Positions 42,750-52,395 are shown, numbered from the stretch's first letter. The stretch: DNA of 64,000 nt from Alphaproteobacteria bacterium (GCA_963665325.3 OZ224045.1:800001-864000), one strand, 5' to 3'. Translations and numbers: made by a program. Notes: generated by a model not told the origin, from the sequence alone.

Positions 42750-43331
42750 GTGGCAATCCTGGGGCGCAAGAGGCGGCAGGGGCTATCGTCCCGGATCGGA
42801 GGCCTGGTATGGCCGTCCGGCGGCTGGCGGCGCGCGTCGCGGTATCTCACCATGCGCCTCAGCCGCCTCCCGGGCTCGCCCTACTCGCTGGCGGCCGGGT
42901 TTTCCTGGGGCGTGTTCACGTCGTTCCTGCCCTTCCCGGGTCTGCATTTCGTCATGGCCGCGATATTTGCGCTCGCCACCCGCTCGAATGTGCTCGCCGC
43001 CGCCATCGGCACGATCGTTGGCAATCCCTGGACTTTTCCCTTCATCTGGGTCGGCACTTACAAACTCGGCGCATGGCTCGGCTTCGGTGCGGAGGGCGTC
43101 AATTTCGCCGTTACCTGGGGGCGGGCCTTCCAGGCCGGTATCGACGGGCGGTTCGCCACGTTCCTGGAAACGGCGCAACCCCTGCTGCTGGCGATGACTG
43201 TCGGCGGCGCTGTGCTGGGTGCGGTCGCCTGGGGGACGTTCTTCATAATGCTGGCGCCGCTCGTGCGTGCCTATCAGCGGCGTCGCCGCGGTCGAATCGC
43301 GCGCGGGCGCGCAGGGGATGCGGAAGCATGA
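42750..43331 (+). CDS. DUF2062 membrane protein
   Basis: [30 protein letters not shown]. Confidence 0.8.
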   Translation: MAILGRKRRQGLSSRIGGLVWPSGGWRRASRYLTMRLSRLPGSPYSLAAGFSWGVFTSFLPFPGLHFVMAAIFALATRSNVLAAAIGTIVGNPWTFPFIWVGTYKLGAWLGFGAEGVNFAVTWGRAFQAGIDGRFATFLETAQPLLLAMTVGGAVLGAVAWGTFFIMLAPLVRAYQRRRRGRIARGRAGDAEA

Positions 43332-44056
43332 CAAACCGGCTGAGACTCGGCGTGAACGTCGATCATGTCGCAACCGTCCGCAATGCTCGCGGAACCGCCT
43401 ATCCGGACCCGGTGCGGGCGGCCCGGCTGGCCTGCGAAGCCGGTGCCGACGGGATCACCGCGCATCTGCGCGAGGATCGCCGCCATATCCGCGACGAGGA
43501 TATGCACCGGCTGAAAGAGGTGCTTTCCGTGCCGCTCAACTTCGAGATGGCGCCGACCGACGCCATGGTGGAGATTGCTTCGGCCGTCGCGCCTCACGCA
43601 GTTTGCCTCGTGCCGGAGCGGCGCGAGGAACTGACGACCGAGGGTGGCCTCGACGCGGCGGGTCTCGGCCGCGCCCTGGGTTCCAGGGTCGAGGCCCTGG
43701 CGGCCGCGGGTATCCGGGTGTCGCTGTTCATCGAGCCGGCCCCGGAACAGCTTCAAGCGGCGGTCGCGCTCGGCGCGCCCGTGGTCGAATTGCACACCGG
43801 TCGCTATTGCGAACTGACGGGGCGGGAGCGGCAGGCCGAACTGGAGCGCATCTGCGCCGCGGCGGCGCTAGCGTCTGAGCTGGGCCTCGAATGCCATGCC
43901 GGCCACGGGCTGACCTACGACAATGTGGGCCCCATCGCGGCGATCGGGACGGTGGCGGAACTCAATATCGGCCATTTCCTGGTCGGCGAGGCCATCTTTG
44001 TGGGCTTCGTCGAGGCGGTGCGGCGGATGCGGGCGGCGATGGACCGCTCGCGATGA
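43328..44056 (+). CDS. pdxJ: Pyridoxine 5'-phosphate synthase
   Basis: [37 protein letters not shown]. Confidence 0.96.
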   Translation: MTNRLRLGVNVDHVATVRNARGTAYPDPVRAARLACEAGADGITAHLREDRRHIRDEDMHRLKEVLSVPLNFEMAPTDAMVEIASAVAPHAVCLVPERREELTTEGGLDAAGLGRALGSRVEALAAAGIRVSLFIEPAPEQLQAAVALGAPVVELHTGRYCELTGRERQAELERICAAAALASELGLECHAGHGLTYDNVGPIAAIGTVAELNIGHFLVGEAIFVGFVEAVRRMRAAMDRSR

Positions 44057-44472
44057 TTGTCGGGCTCGGCAGCGACCTGATCGACATCACCCGGATCGAA
44101 CGCACGCTGGAGCGTTTCGGCGAGCGCTTCACCCTGCGCGTGTTCACCGAGGCCGAACGGCGGCGGTCTGACCGCCGGCACCTGCGTGCAGCAAGCTATG
44201 CGCGGCGCTTCGCCGCCAAGGAAGCCTGTTCCAAGGCGCTTGGGACCGGGCTCCGCCAGGGCGTCTACTGGCGCGACATGGGCGTGGTCAACCTGCCGGG
44301 TGGGCGCCCGACGCTCAGCCTGACCGGCGGCGCTGCCAGGCGCCTCGCCAGCCTCTTGCCGCCCGGCACGCGTCCGCGCATCGATCTCACCATCACCGAC
44401 GAGCCGCCGCTGGCCCATGCCCTGGTCATCATCACCGCAGTGCCGGAAGATGCGGCGAATGGCTGCGGTTGA
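44053..44472 (+). CDS. acpS: Holo-ACP synthase
   Basis: [24 protein letters not shown]. Confidence 0.95.
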   Translation: MIVGLGSDLIDITRIERTLERFGERFTLRVFTEAERRRSDRRHLRAASYARRFAAKEACSKALGTGLRQGVYWRDMGVVNLPGGRPTLSLTGGAARRLASLLPPGTRPRIDLTITDEPPLAHALVIITAVPEDAANGCG

Positions 44473-44556
44473 CAGCCGGCCGCCCGGCGGCGTTCTATCC
44501 AGCCCGTATCCGTGCCGGCGGCAAACCGGCATTTCCCGTTTCAGGTCGCTGATCCC

Positions 44557-45282
44557 GTGAAAGAAACCGTCAAGACTATCGTCTATGCCGGTCTGATCGC
44601 GCTTGGCATCCGCAGCTTCCTCTTCGAGCCTTTCACGATCCCTTCCGGTTCGATGCTGCAGACCCTGCTGATCGGCGATTTTCTGTTCGTCTCGAAATAT
44701 TCCTACGGCTACAGCCGCTACTCGCTCCCCTTCGGCCTGCCGATCCTTCCGGGGCCGGGGCGGCTGTTCGGCGAAGGGCCGGAGCGCGGCGATGTGGCTG
44801 TGTTCAAGAACCCCGTCGCGCCGAAGATCGATTTCGTAAAACGCGTCGTCGGCCTGCCGGGCGATACCGTCCAGGTGCGCAGCGGACGCCTGTTCATCAA
44901 CGGCACGCCGGTGGCGCGCGGGCGCCTCGGGCCGACGAGCTACCGCGACAAGTACGGCATCGTGAAAAAGGCGATCAGCTACCGCGAGACACTGCCCAAC
45001 GGCCGGTCATACGAGATTCTGGAGGAAAGCGACTCCGGCCCGGCGGACAACACCCCGGTCTTCAAGGTGCCGGACGGGCACTATTTCGCCATGGGTGACA
45101 ACCGCGACAACTCCACCGACAGCCGCTTCCTCAACCATGTAGGCTACATTCCGGCGGAGAATTTTGTCGGGCGGGCGGAAATCCTGTTCTTCTCCCTCGA
45201 TCACGACACCAGCTTCTGGGAGTTCTGGAGATATCCGAGCGGCGTTCGCTGGGAGCGCATTTTCGACGCGATAGGCCCGTGA
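44557..45282 (+). CDS. lepB: Signal peptidase I
   Basis: IPSGSM, FVKRVVGLPGD, MGDNRDNSTDSR. Confidence 0.95.
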   Translation: MKETVKTIVYAGLIALGIRSFLFEPFTIPSGSMLQTLLIGDFLFVSKYSYGYSRYSLPFGLPILPGPGRLFGEGPERGDVAVFKNPVAPKIDFVKRVVGLPGDTVQVRSGRLFINGTPVARGRLGPTSYRDKYGIVKKAISYRETLPNGRSYEILEESDSGPADNTPVFKVPDGHYFAMGDNRDNSTDSRFLNHVGYIPAENFVGRAEILFFSLDHDTSFWEFWRYPSGVRWERIFDAIGP

Positions 45283-45941
45283 ACGCACGGTTCCGCGCAG
45301 CGCTAGGCCATGATTTCGCGGACCCCCGCCTGCTCCGGCAGGCGCTGACACACCCGAGCGCGCCGGGACGCGAGGACAATACGTTCGAGCGGCTGGAATT
45401 CCTGGGCGACCGGGTGCTGGGCCTTGTCGTGGCGGAGATGCTGCTCGAACGCTTCCCGGATGTCGATGAGGGCGGGGTCGGGCGCCGGCTGTCGCTTCTG
45501 GTGAGCCGGGAGGCGCTGATCGAGGTGGCCGCGGCGACGGGCCTTGACGAGGCGCTCGCACGGGCGCAGGACCCCGGAGCTGCAGGCGGGCGGATGGCCG
45601 CGACAGCAGCGGCCGACGCTTGCGAGGCGGTGATTGCGGCGCTGTTCCTCGACGGCGGACTCGACGCTGCGCGGCAGTTCATTGGCCGCCACTGGCAGGC
45701 GCTTGTCGAACGCCATGCCGAGGTGGAGCGCGATGCGCGCAGCCGTCTGCAGGAGTGGAGCCACGCGCGCGCGCTCGGCCAGCCGGTCTATACGGTCCGC
45801 GCCAGCCGCGGGCCCGCGCACCGGCCCGAGTTCGAGGTCGAGGCGGCACTGGCCAACGGCAAGAGCGCAAGAGGTTCGGGCGGGTCCAAGCGCGCCGCGG
45901 CCGCGGCCGCCGCCGCGGCCCTGCTCGAACGGTTGGAATGA
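45279..45941 (+). CDS. rnc: Ribonuclease III
   Basis: ALTHPS, ERLEFLGDRVL, C-terminal dsRBD. Confidence 0.95.
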   Translation: MNARFRAALGHDFADPRLLRQALTHPSAPGREDNTFERLEFLGDRVLGLVVAEMLLERFPDVDEGGVGRRLSLLVSREALIEVAAATGLDEALARAQDPGAAGGRMAATAAADACEAVIAALFLDGGLDAARQFIGRHWQALVERHAEVERDARSRLQEWSHARALGQPVYTVRASRGPAHRPEFEVEAALANGKSARGSGGSKRAAAAAAAAALLERLE

Positions 45942-46834
45942 CCGCGCGCCGGGCCGGCTTCGTCGCCCTGCTGGGCGCGCCCAATGCCGGCAAGTCCACC
46001 CTGCTTAACCGCCTGGTCGGCGCCAAGGTTTCCATTGTCACGCCCAAGGCGCAGACCACGCGCTCGCGCATGCTCGGCATCCGCATCCACGGCCCCGCCC
46101 AGGTCATCTTCGTGGACACGCCCGGCATCTTCGAGCCGCGCCGCCGGCTCGAACGCGCAATGGTGCGCCGCGCCTGGCGCGCTGCCGGCGATGCCGACAT
46201 CACCGTACTGCTGATCGATGCCGCGCGCCGGCCGGGCTCCCGCGAGGACGGGATCGTCGCCGGCCTCAAGGCGGGCGGCAGGCAGGCGGTGCTGGCGCTC
46301 AACAAGATCGACCTCCTCGCCCGCGAACGGCTGCTGGCGCGCGCCGACCGGCTCTTCCGGACGGACTGCTTCAGCGATGTGTTCATGGTCTCGGCGCTGA
46401 CCGGCGACGGCGTGGACGACCTGCTGGACCATCTCTCGGCGCGCCTGCCGGAAGGCCCCTGGCTCTATCCCGAGGACGACCTTTCCGATGCGCCGCTGCG
46501 CTTCCTCGCCGCCGAGATCACGCGGGAAAAGCTGTTCCTGCGCCTGCATGACGAGATTCCCTACGACGTTGCGACCGAGACGGCCGGCTGGGAGGAGTTC
46601 GACAATGGCGGCGTGCGCATCGACCAGACCGTCTATGTGCGTCGGACGAGCCAGCGCGCCATCGTGCTCGGCAAGGGCGGCGCGCGCATCAAAGCCATTC
46701 GCGAGGCGGCGCAGCAGGAACTGGCCGAGGCGCTCGACCGGCCGGTGCATCTGTTCCTGACCGTGCGCGTGCGCGAAGGCTGGCCCGAAGACCCCGAACG
46801 CTTCCGCGGCCTCGGGCTCGACTACAATGTGTGA
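45938..46834 (+). CDS. era: GTPase Era
   Basis: GAPNAGKST, QTTR, DTPG, NKID, KH domain. Confidence 0.96.
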   Translation: MTARRAGFVALLGAPNAGKSTLLNRLVGAKVSIVTPKAQTTRSRMLGIRIHGPAQVIFVDTPGIFEPRRRLERAMVRRAWRAAGDADITVLLIDAARRPGSREDGIVAGLKAGGRQAVLALNKIDLLARERLLARADRLFRTDCFSDVFMVSALTGDGVDDLLDHLSARLPEGPWLYPEDDLSDAPLRFLAAEITREKLFLRLHDEIPYDVATETAGWEEFDNGGVRIDQTVYVRRTSQRAIVLGKGGARIKAIREAAQQELAEALDRPVHLFLTVRVREGWPEDPERFRGLGLDYNV

Positions 46835-46854
46835 GGGGCAGCGGACGGCCGAAC

Positions 46855-47122
46855 GCCGCTACCGCTTCAACCCGCCCGAATGGATCGAATTGCTGGAGGA
46901 GCCGGCCCCGTCCCCCGCAGCGCGGGCGCAGCGCAACAACTCCGCAAGCGCACCCTGACGAACCTCCACAACGCCCACCCCCAATGGCTCGCCGACACGC
47001 ATGAAGTACTGGACGCTGCCGTGGCGACCGCCTACGGCTGGGACGCGGGGATTGGGGAGGAGGAAGCGCTGGGGGCGTTGCTGGAGATGAATCGAAAGGC
47101 TATCCTCCGAAGAGAACCTTAG
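46855..47122 (+). pseudogene. C-terminal remnant of an MmeI-like type IIL/IIG restriction-modification enzyme
   Basis: FNPPEWIELLEEP in one frame, then LRKRTLTNLHNAHPQWLADTHEVLDAAVATAYGW...ALLEMN in another; this is the characteristic tail of these DNA methyltransferases. Confidence 0.75.
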
Positions 47123-47194
47123 AAGAACATATACGCCTTCCAGAACGCGACGAACCGCTTGCGGTCTTCACAACCACCAAGAGGCTTTCCTACC

Positions 47195-47821
47195 ATGGAA
47201 CCTTTGAAATCGGTTGGAAATCTTCACGAAACTATGGCCCTTTTTGTGCCCGGACTTGTTATCTTGTTCGTGCGTTCGCAATTCGTAACAGATCGCAAGC
47301 TATCTCATTCAACGATGATCTTAAGCTACCTAACGATTTCCCTTGTATATTACGCTATTGCTTTCCCGTTCCTCGAACTGTTCCGGTCGTTATACGAAGT
47401 TAAAGATCACAAGATTCTAGTTTGGCTTGCGTTGGTATTTTTCGGGCCCGTATTGCTTGGCCTCTTGCTTGGAATCAATGTCCAGAAAAACCTGTTGCAC
47501 CGGCTACTCCAGTGGTGCGGCCTTAACCCAGTTCACTCGATCCCAACCGCATGGGATTGGAAATTCGGCAATATGACCGAACAATGGGTTCTCGTTACCC
47601 TCAAGGATGATACTCAATTTCGCGGTTTCTGTGGGCAAGGGTCTTTCATATCGTCCGATCCGACAGAGCGTGACATTTATGTCGAACAGATTTATGGTAT
47701 CGACAATGAGGACAACTGGTCCTCGCCCGGCTTGAAGGGGGTTCTCATCGCGCCCGGCGAGATCAAGACGATAGAATTCTGGCCCTACGAACCGCAAGAG
47801 GATATCAATGAGCAAAGCTGA
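47195..47821 (+). CDS. DUF6338-like membrane protein
   Basis: LFVPGLV, three hydrophobic segments, PTAWDWKF, WVLVTLKD, SSDPTERDIYVEQ, IKTIEF; lower GC than the flanks. Confidence 0.7.
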   Translation: MEPLKSVGNLHETMALFVPGLVILFVRSQFVTDRKLSHSTMILSYLTISLVYYAIAFPFLELFRSLYEVKDHKILVWLALVFFGPVLLGLLLGINVQKNLLHRLLQWCGLNPVHSIPTAWDWKFGNMTEQWVLVTLKDDTQFRGFCGQGSFISSDPTERDIYVEQIYGIDNEDNWSSPGLKGVLIAPGEIKTIEFWPYEPQEDINEQS

Positions 47822-47999
47822 TAAGCCGGTGAAGCCGCCACCGCCCCCAATCCAAAATCGGGGTTACCAGCCTGTAGCCGCTACGGACGGCTACAGGCCG
47901 CGCCCACAGGGCGGACACCAGCCCACCGCCAGTCAAGGCGCACCTGCCAAGCCGCCCTCCAACCCGCCGAACCAGGGGACTTCCGGCACGAAGGAGTAA
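47808..47999 (+). CDS. Small Pro/Gly/Gln-rich protein with three G[YH][QR]P motifs
   Basis: RBS GAGGA, overlaps the DUF6338-like stop; GYQP, GYRP, GHQP, NPPNQGTSG. Confidence 0.6.
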   Translation: MSKADKPVKPPPPPIQNRGYQPVAATDGYRPRPQGGHQPTASQGAPAKPPSNPPNQGTSGTKE

Positions 48000-48056
48000 C
48001 CGCATCCTCGCCGTTGCAACGCTTTCGTGGATTCATCCGATTGGTTCCAGCGCCTC

Positions 48057-48317
48057 TTATGGCCCGCCTCTCCGCCAGCCGGCTCGATTACAGCGCAGGA
48101 TGCAGGTTTCGACGAAGGCGAGCTTGCCCTTCACTTCCGCCAGTCCCTGCTTGAGAGCCTGCAGCCCCGCGTCGAAGCCGCCCAGCCGACCGTCGATGCG
48201 CTTCTCGATGCCGTCGAGGCGTTGCCCGAAGTCCCGGCACGGCGATGCAGTTATGCCAATGATCGGCGCGGCCAGGACGACGGCTGCGCCAAGGGTCGCA
48301 ACGGCAACCGGGTCCAT
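48057..48317 (-). CDS. Small membrane-anchored coiled-coil protein
   Basis: Hydrophobic N-terminus followed by QRLDGIEKRIDGRL...LAEVKGKLAFVE. Confidence 0.5.
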   Translation of the reverse strand: MDPVAVATLGAAVVLAAPIIGITASPCRDFGQRLDGIEKRIDGRLGGFDAGLQALKQGLAEVKGKLAFVETCILRCNRAGWRRGGP

Positions 48318-48473
48318 GGCGGCGCGAACTCCGAACGGCCTTGCCGCCGGCGCGGTTCCGGCGCAGGCGGGAGCATGCACGATAGGAAGCCCGTCGCGCG
48401 CCGTCCGTGCCGGCGGCTATTCCGCCGGGTCCGCAGCTTGGTTCCTGAAATAAGATTATTTTCATACAAAAGT

Positions 48474-48905
48474 GTTGACTCCGGGACCGCCTTGCCTATA
48501 TAGGCCGTGACGAAGCGGCATCTGCGGGCCGCATCCGTTCGCGCCGGCGCGAAAATAAAGTCCCTGAGAAACTGACGGGAGACGTGCGCCCTGCGTCCGG
48601 GCTCGCGCGCGCAGGCGCAATCAGGCGCGCAAACCGCGCCGGCGCCAACGCGCCCGCCTGCGCACGCCCGCGATACGCGCGAAAAAGGGTTCCGCCGCCG
48701 GGAGGCGGGGAACGGGAAGGAGGAACGATGCAGGAGAGACCGGGCATGGCAAGGCAGGCGGCGCCCGGACCATGACAAAACATGACATTTCATGACGACC
48801 CCGGGTTCCCTGGCGGCAGGAACGGGAGAGGAATGAAGGATCGATGCAGGCAAGACAAAATAGGAATATCAATGGAACATGACCAAACATGACATTTCAT
48901 GACAT
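48474..48905 (+). repeat. Dispersed composite non-coding element, copy A
   Basis: GTTGAC...CTATAT promoter-like sequence (48474-48501); core 48562-48696 homologous to the reverse complement of 60358-60479; CATGAC arrays with 10-bp period at 48771-48796 and 48878-48905. Confidence 0.85.
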
Positions 48906-48977
48906 CCTCGGCGTCCGCTCCGGGAGGCGGTGGAACGCGGTCATGGCCTCATCGGCTCCGGGCCATGAACGGCGGCG

Positions 48978-51074
48978 TCAGTCCTTCCTGTCGCCGAGAA
49001 GGCCCTTCAGGCCGCGGCCGATATCCTTCACGGCGCCCTTCAGCTTGTCCCGCAATTGCCGAACCGCCTGTTCGGGCGATGCAGGGCCCGGTTGCGCCGC
49101 CGCGCCGGGTTTCGGCGGGGCGGTCGCGATCTCCAGGCACTCATTGCCCTCGCCGCCGAGCTCGCCCAGCCCCACGACTGCGGCCGGCGGGAACAGCGCG
49201 ATCCCGACGAGGCCGCCGAGCTTCTTCAGTGCCGCGCCGGCTTCGGGCCGGAATTTCGGGTTGGCGAAGGCGCCCCGGATACGGACCGGCACCGAGATAT
49301 TGAGGGTCGCGGATTTCGCGCGGGGCTCGACGGTGAGGTCGAGTGTCTCCGTCGCGAGGTTTGCCGTCCCCTTCGCGGCGACGGTCGAATATTCGGTGTC
49401 GATTAGAACCGCCCGGCTCGCCGCCCGCCCGTTCTCGATGCCGATGGAGGCGACGGCGCAGTTGACGACCGTCCATTGCTTCCGGCCTGAGAACAGCGTG
49501 CCGAGGACGGCGCTGGCGCCGCCGACCGCCGCATCGAACGCCTCCGTCTTCAGGCGGCCGCTGCCGCCCACGAGCCGGATGTCGCCGTCGAGGCCGGCCA
49601 TGAGCGCGGCGACGGACCCGCCGGAGCCCGCAAGATCGACGCTGGCCCTGGCCTTCCCTTCGAACAGGTCCGTCACGCCGGCCTCCTCCAGCAATCGGCC
49701 GAGGTCGAGTTCCGGAGCCCGGGCCGCAAGGCGGAGGCGCGGCGCCGCGCGCCGCGTATCGAGGTGGAGTTCGCCGTCCACCCGGCTTCCCGCCACAGTC
49801 GCCGAGAACGGTCTTACGGAAAGCGCGCCGTCTTCCAGGCTTATGCGGGCCTGCACCGCGCCGACCGGGACCGGATATCCGGCCAGCCTTTCGACGCTCA
49901 GCGTCAGGTCGAGATCGGCGGCCTTGAGGCCCTCCAGCGGAAGCGGGTCGTCGGGAAACACCCGGTCCTGCCTCACGTTCTTCGGCTTTGCGTCCTTGCC
50001 CGCGGCGGTCGGGCGATCGCTCGCGGCGGCCTTCGACCGCAGCCCGGCAACGTCGATCCCGGTCGACGCCAGCGTGCCGCTCACGCGCGGCCGCGGCCCC
50101 GACAGGACGAGGTCGATCCGGCCGGAAAGGTCGCTGGCGCCGAGCGCGCCCTTCAGATCCTCGAACCGGAACCTGTCGGCGCCGCCCTCGATGCGGGCGT
50201 CGAAGGCGACCGGCCCGAGCTCCGGCAGCCCCGGCCCTGCAAGCGGTGCGAGCGAGGACAGGTCCGCGCCGCGAACCGCCGCCCGGAGGTCCAGGCCCCC
50301 GGCTTTGCCGGGTTCGGCCACCGCGCCGGACAGCCGCGCCTCGAAGCCGAACGCCTTCGCATCGAGCACGAGTTCCAGCGGCCGTCCCGAAGCGATGGCC
50401 GCCAGGGAGCCGACAGTGCCCGAGGCCGAGAACGGGGCCCCGTTCCAGGCGCCGAAGGCATCGATTTCCAGCGGGGCGCCGAAGGACCCCGCCCGCGCCG
50501 ACACCCGCTCGAGTTCGAAGCGCATCTCCTCGCCGCTCCGTGCATCCCTGTAGATCAGGCGCCCCCGGCGGATTTCCACATGATTGAAGATCGGGACCGA
50601 TGGCGGCCCGCCGCCCGTCTCGTCCTTCCGTCCAGCCTCCTCTCCGGAGCGGGCGGGCGCGCCGGACCGGTCGTCCGGAGGCGGCCCGTTCCGCCAGTTG
50701 GACAGGCCGTCGGCATTGGTTTCGAGCAGGATGTCGGGTTCGACCAGGATGAGCCGGGTCACGCGGATATCGCCCGCAAGCAGCGGCAGCAATTCGACCT
50801 CCGCCTCGGCTCGTTCGAGCGCGATCATGGCCGGGCGCGAGCCCCAGTCGGCATTGGCGACGGCGACCTGCTCAACGGTGACGGCGGGCGTGAGCGAGAT
50901 CGACAGGTCGATATCGCCGCCGATGGCGAGGTCGCGGCCGGTCGCCTCGCGAAATTCCGCGGCGATCTCCTCGCGGTAGCTGTTGACGTCGATGGAATAG
51001 AGAACCGCTGCCGCGGCCGCGACGAGGACTGCGACCGCCAGCGCGGCCCATTTCAGCAGGCTGGCGACGCGCAT
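48978..51074 (-). CDS. AsmA family protein
   Basis: N-terminal TM, ATGRDLAIGGDI, ANADWG, VFPDDPLP, VNCAVA, VPVRIRGAFANP. Confidence 0.88.
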   Translation of the reverse strand: MRVASLLKWAALAVAVLVAAAAAVLYSIDVNSYREEIAAEFREATGRDLAIGGDIDLSISLTPAVTVEQVAVANADWGSRPAMIALERAEAEVELLPLLAGDIRVTRLILVEPDILLETNADGLSNWRNGPPPDDRSGAPARSGEEAGRKDETGGGPPSVPIFNHVEIRRGRLIYRDARSGEEMRFELERVSARAGSFGAPLEIDAFGAWNGAPFSASGTVGSLAAIASGRPLELVLDAKAFGFEARLSGAVAEPGKAGGLDLRAAVRGADLSSLAPLAGPGLPELGPVAFDARIEGGADRFRFEDLKGALGASDLSGRIDLVLSGPRPRVSGTLASTGIDVAGLRSKAAASDRPTAAGKDAKPKNVRQDRVFPDDPLPLEGLKAADLDLTLSVERLAGYPVPVGAVQARISLEDGALSVRPFSATVAGSRVDGELHLDTRRAAPRLRLAARAPELDLGRLLEEAGVTDLFEGKARASVDLAGSGGSVAALMAGLDGDIRLVGGSGRLKTEAFDAAVGGASAVLGTLFSGRKQWTVVNCAVASIGIENGRAASRAVLIDTEYSTVAAKGTANLATETLDLTVEPRAKSATLNISVPVRIRGAFANPKFRPEAGAALKKLGGLVGIALFPPAAVVGLGELGGEGNECLEIATAPPKPGAAAQPGPASPEQAVRQLRDKLKGAVKDIGRGLKGLLGDRKD

Positions 51075-51092
51075 GCCGGGCTCAGAAGGTCG

Positions 51093-52265
51093 TCACGTCC
51101 CCCCGCCCCCGTTCTCCGGCGCATCGGGCGCGAAGGCGAGCGCGCCCTGCCAGCTATCGACATAGCCGCTCCATTCGACCTCCTCTGGCAGCTCGGCCAC
51201 ATCGAGCGCGTCGCGCGCATCCAGCATCACGGCATATTCGTCGAGGAACGCCTTGCCGCCGCTCAGCATGCGCGACAGCGCCTTGGGGTGGGGGCCGTGC
51301 GCGAAGCCGCAGGGGTGGAGGGTCATCATGCCGGCGTCGATGCCGTCGCGGCTGAAGAAGCCGCCTGAATGGAAGAACATCACCTCGTCAAAATCGTCAT
51401 TATTGTGGAAGAACGGCACCTTGAGCGCCTCGGGGTCGGATTCCGCGGGGCGGGGCGCGAAGGTGCAGACGACGAAGCGGTCGGCGACGAAGGTGGTGTG
51501 GGCCGAGGGCGGCAGGTGGTAGCGGTGGCTCATCAGCGGCCGGATCTCGCGCACATTGAGCTTGGCAACGGAAAGGTCGCCGTGCCAGCCGACGGCATCC
51601 AGCGGGTTGAAGGGGAAGGTCGCGCAGCTGATCGCGCCTCGCCGCTTGATTCGCACCTGCCAGCTGCCCGGCCCCTGCTGGGCGCGGAAGGCATCGTCGA
51701 TGCGCGGCAGGATGAGCGCCGCCGGGTCGAACACCGCATGGCGGCCCACCATGCCCTTCTCGGGCAGCCGGTAGAAGCCGCCCGTCGCCTCGATCAGCAG
51801 CGCCTCGACCGGCCCGTCGGCATCGAGCCGCCACATCGTGCCGCGCGGGATGACGACATAATCGCCCTGTTCCACCGGCAGGCGTCCGTAATCGCAGTAG
51901 AAGTCGCCGCTGCCGCGGTGCAGGAAGAGCAGGTCGTCGCCGTCGCCGTTGCGGACCAGATGGTCCATCCGCCCCTCGGCGCGCCAGAAGCGGTAATCGA
52001 CATGGGCGTTGTGCAGCACCCGCCGGGCCTCCCAGGGAGAGGCGGCGACGGGAAGCTTGTTGAGGTCGAAGGCGCGGGGGCGGAGCGGCCCTTCCCAGCC
52101 GGTCCACGCGGTCGGCGGGTTGCGGTGGTACATGTGCGCCGCCGGGCCGAAGAAGCCCTCGCGGCCGAGCTCGCGCTCGAACCGTCCGTCCGGCAGTTGG
52201 ACATGCGCCCGCCGGTTGGTCTCGCCCTCGCTGTGGGGAAAGGAAATCCAGGTGCCGCTTGCCAT
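51093..52265 (-). CDS. hmgA: Homogentisate 1,2-dioxygenase
   Basis: ERELGREGFFG, RNGDGD, PLDAVGWHG, HLPPSAH, PFFHNNDDFDE, HPCGFAHGP. Confidence 0.9.
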   Translation of the reverse strand: MASGTWISFPHSEGETNRRAHVQLPDGRFERELGREGFFGPAAHMYHRNPPTAWTGWEGPLRPRAFDLNKLPVAASPWEARRVLHNAHVDYRFWRAEGRMDHLVRNGDGDDLLFLHRGSGDFYCDYGRLPVEQGDYVVIPRGTMWRLDADGPVEALLIEATGGFYRLPEKGMVGRHAVFDPAALILPRIDDAFRAQQGPGSWQVRIKRRGAISCATFPFNPLDAVGWHGDLSVAKLNVREIRPLMSHRYHLPPSAHTTFVADRFVVCTFAPRPAESDPEALKVPFFHNNDDFDEVMFFHSGGFFSRDGIDAGMMTLHPCGFAHGPHPKALSRMLSGGKAFLDEYAVMLDARDALDVAELPEEVEWSGYVDSWQGALAFAPDAPENGGGGT

Positions 52266-52395
52266 AGCCCGGCCCTCCGCCGCTGTCCTTGCCGGCCGCC
52301 AGCATAGCGCGGCCGCGGGGGCATGGAAGGCGCAGGCGTTTCCGTTCCCGCCGGAAACGCCCTAGACTGGCGGGCGGTCGAGGAGGCGTGCGCCC

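Noticed and set aside
48562-48690. Hammerhead ribozyme (CTGAGA ... GAAA in the element core)
   Set aside because: The core needs CUGANGA directly flanking stem II with GAAA; here it is CUGAGA and the stems do not give the three-way junction.
48251-48890. ORFs containing CHVLSW / HEMSCFVM (also 59861-60573)
   Set aside because: Shadow translations of the repeat element; frames are not preserved between copies.
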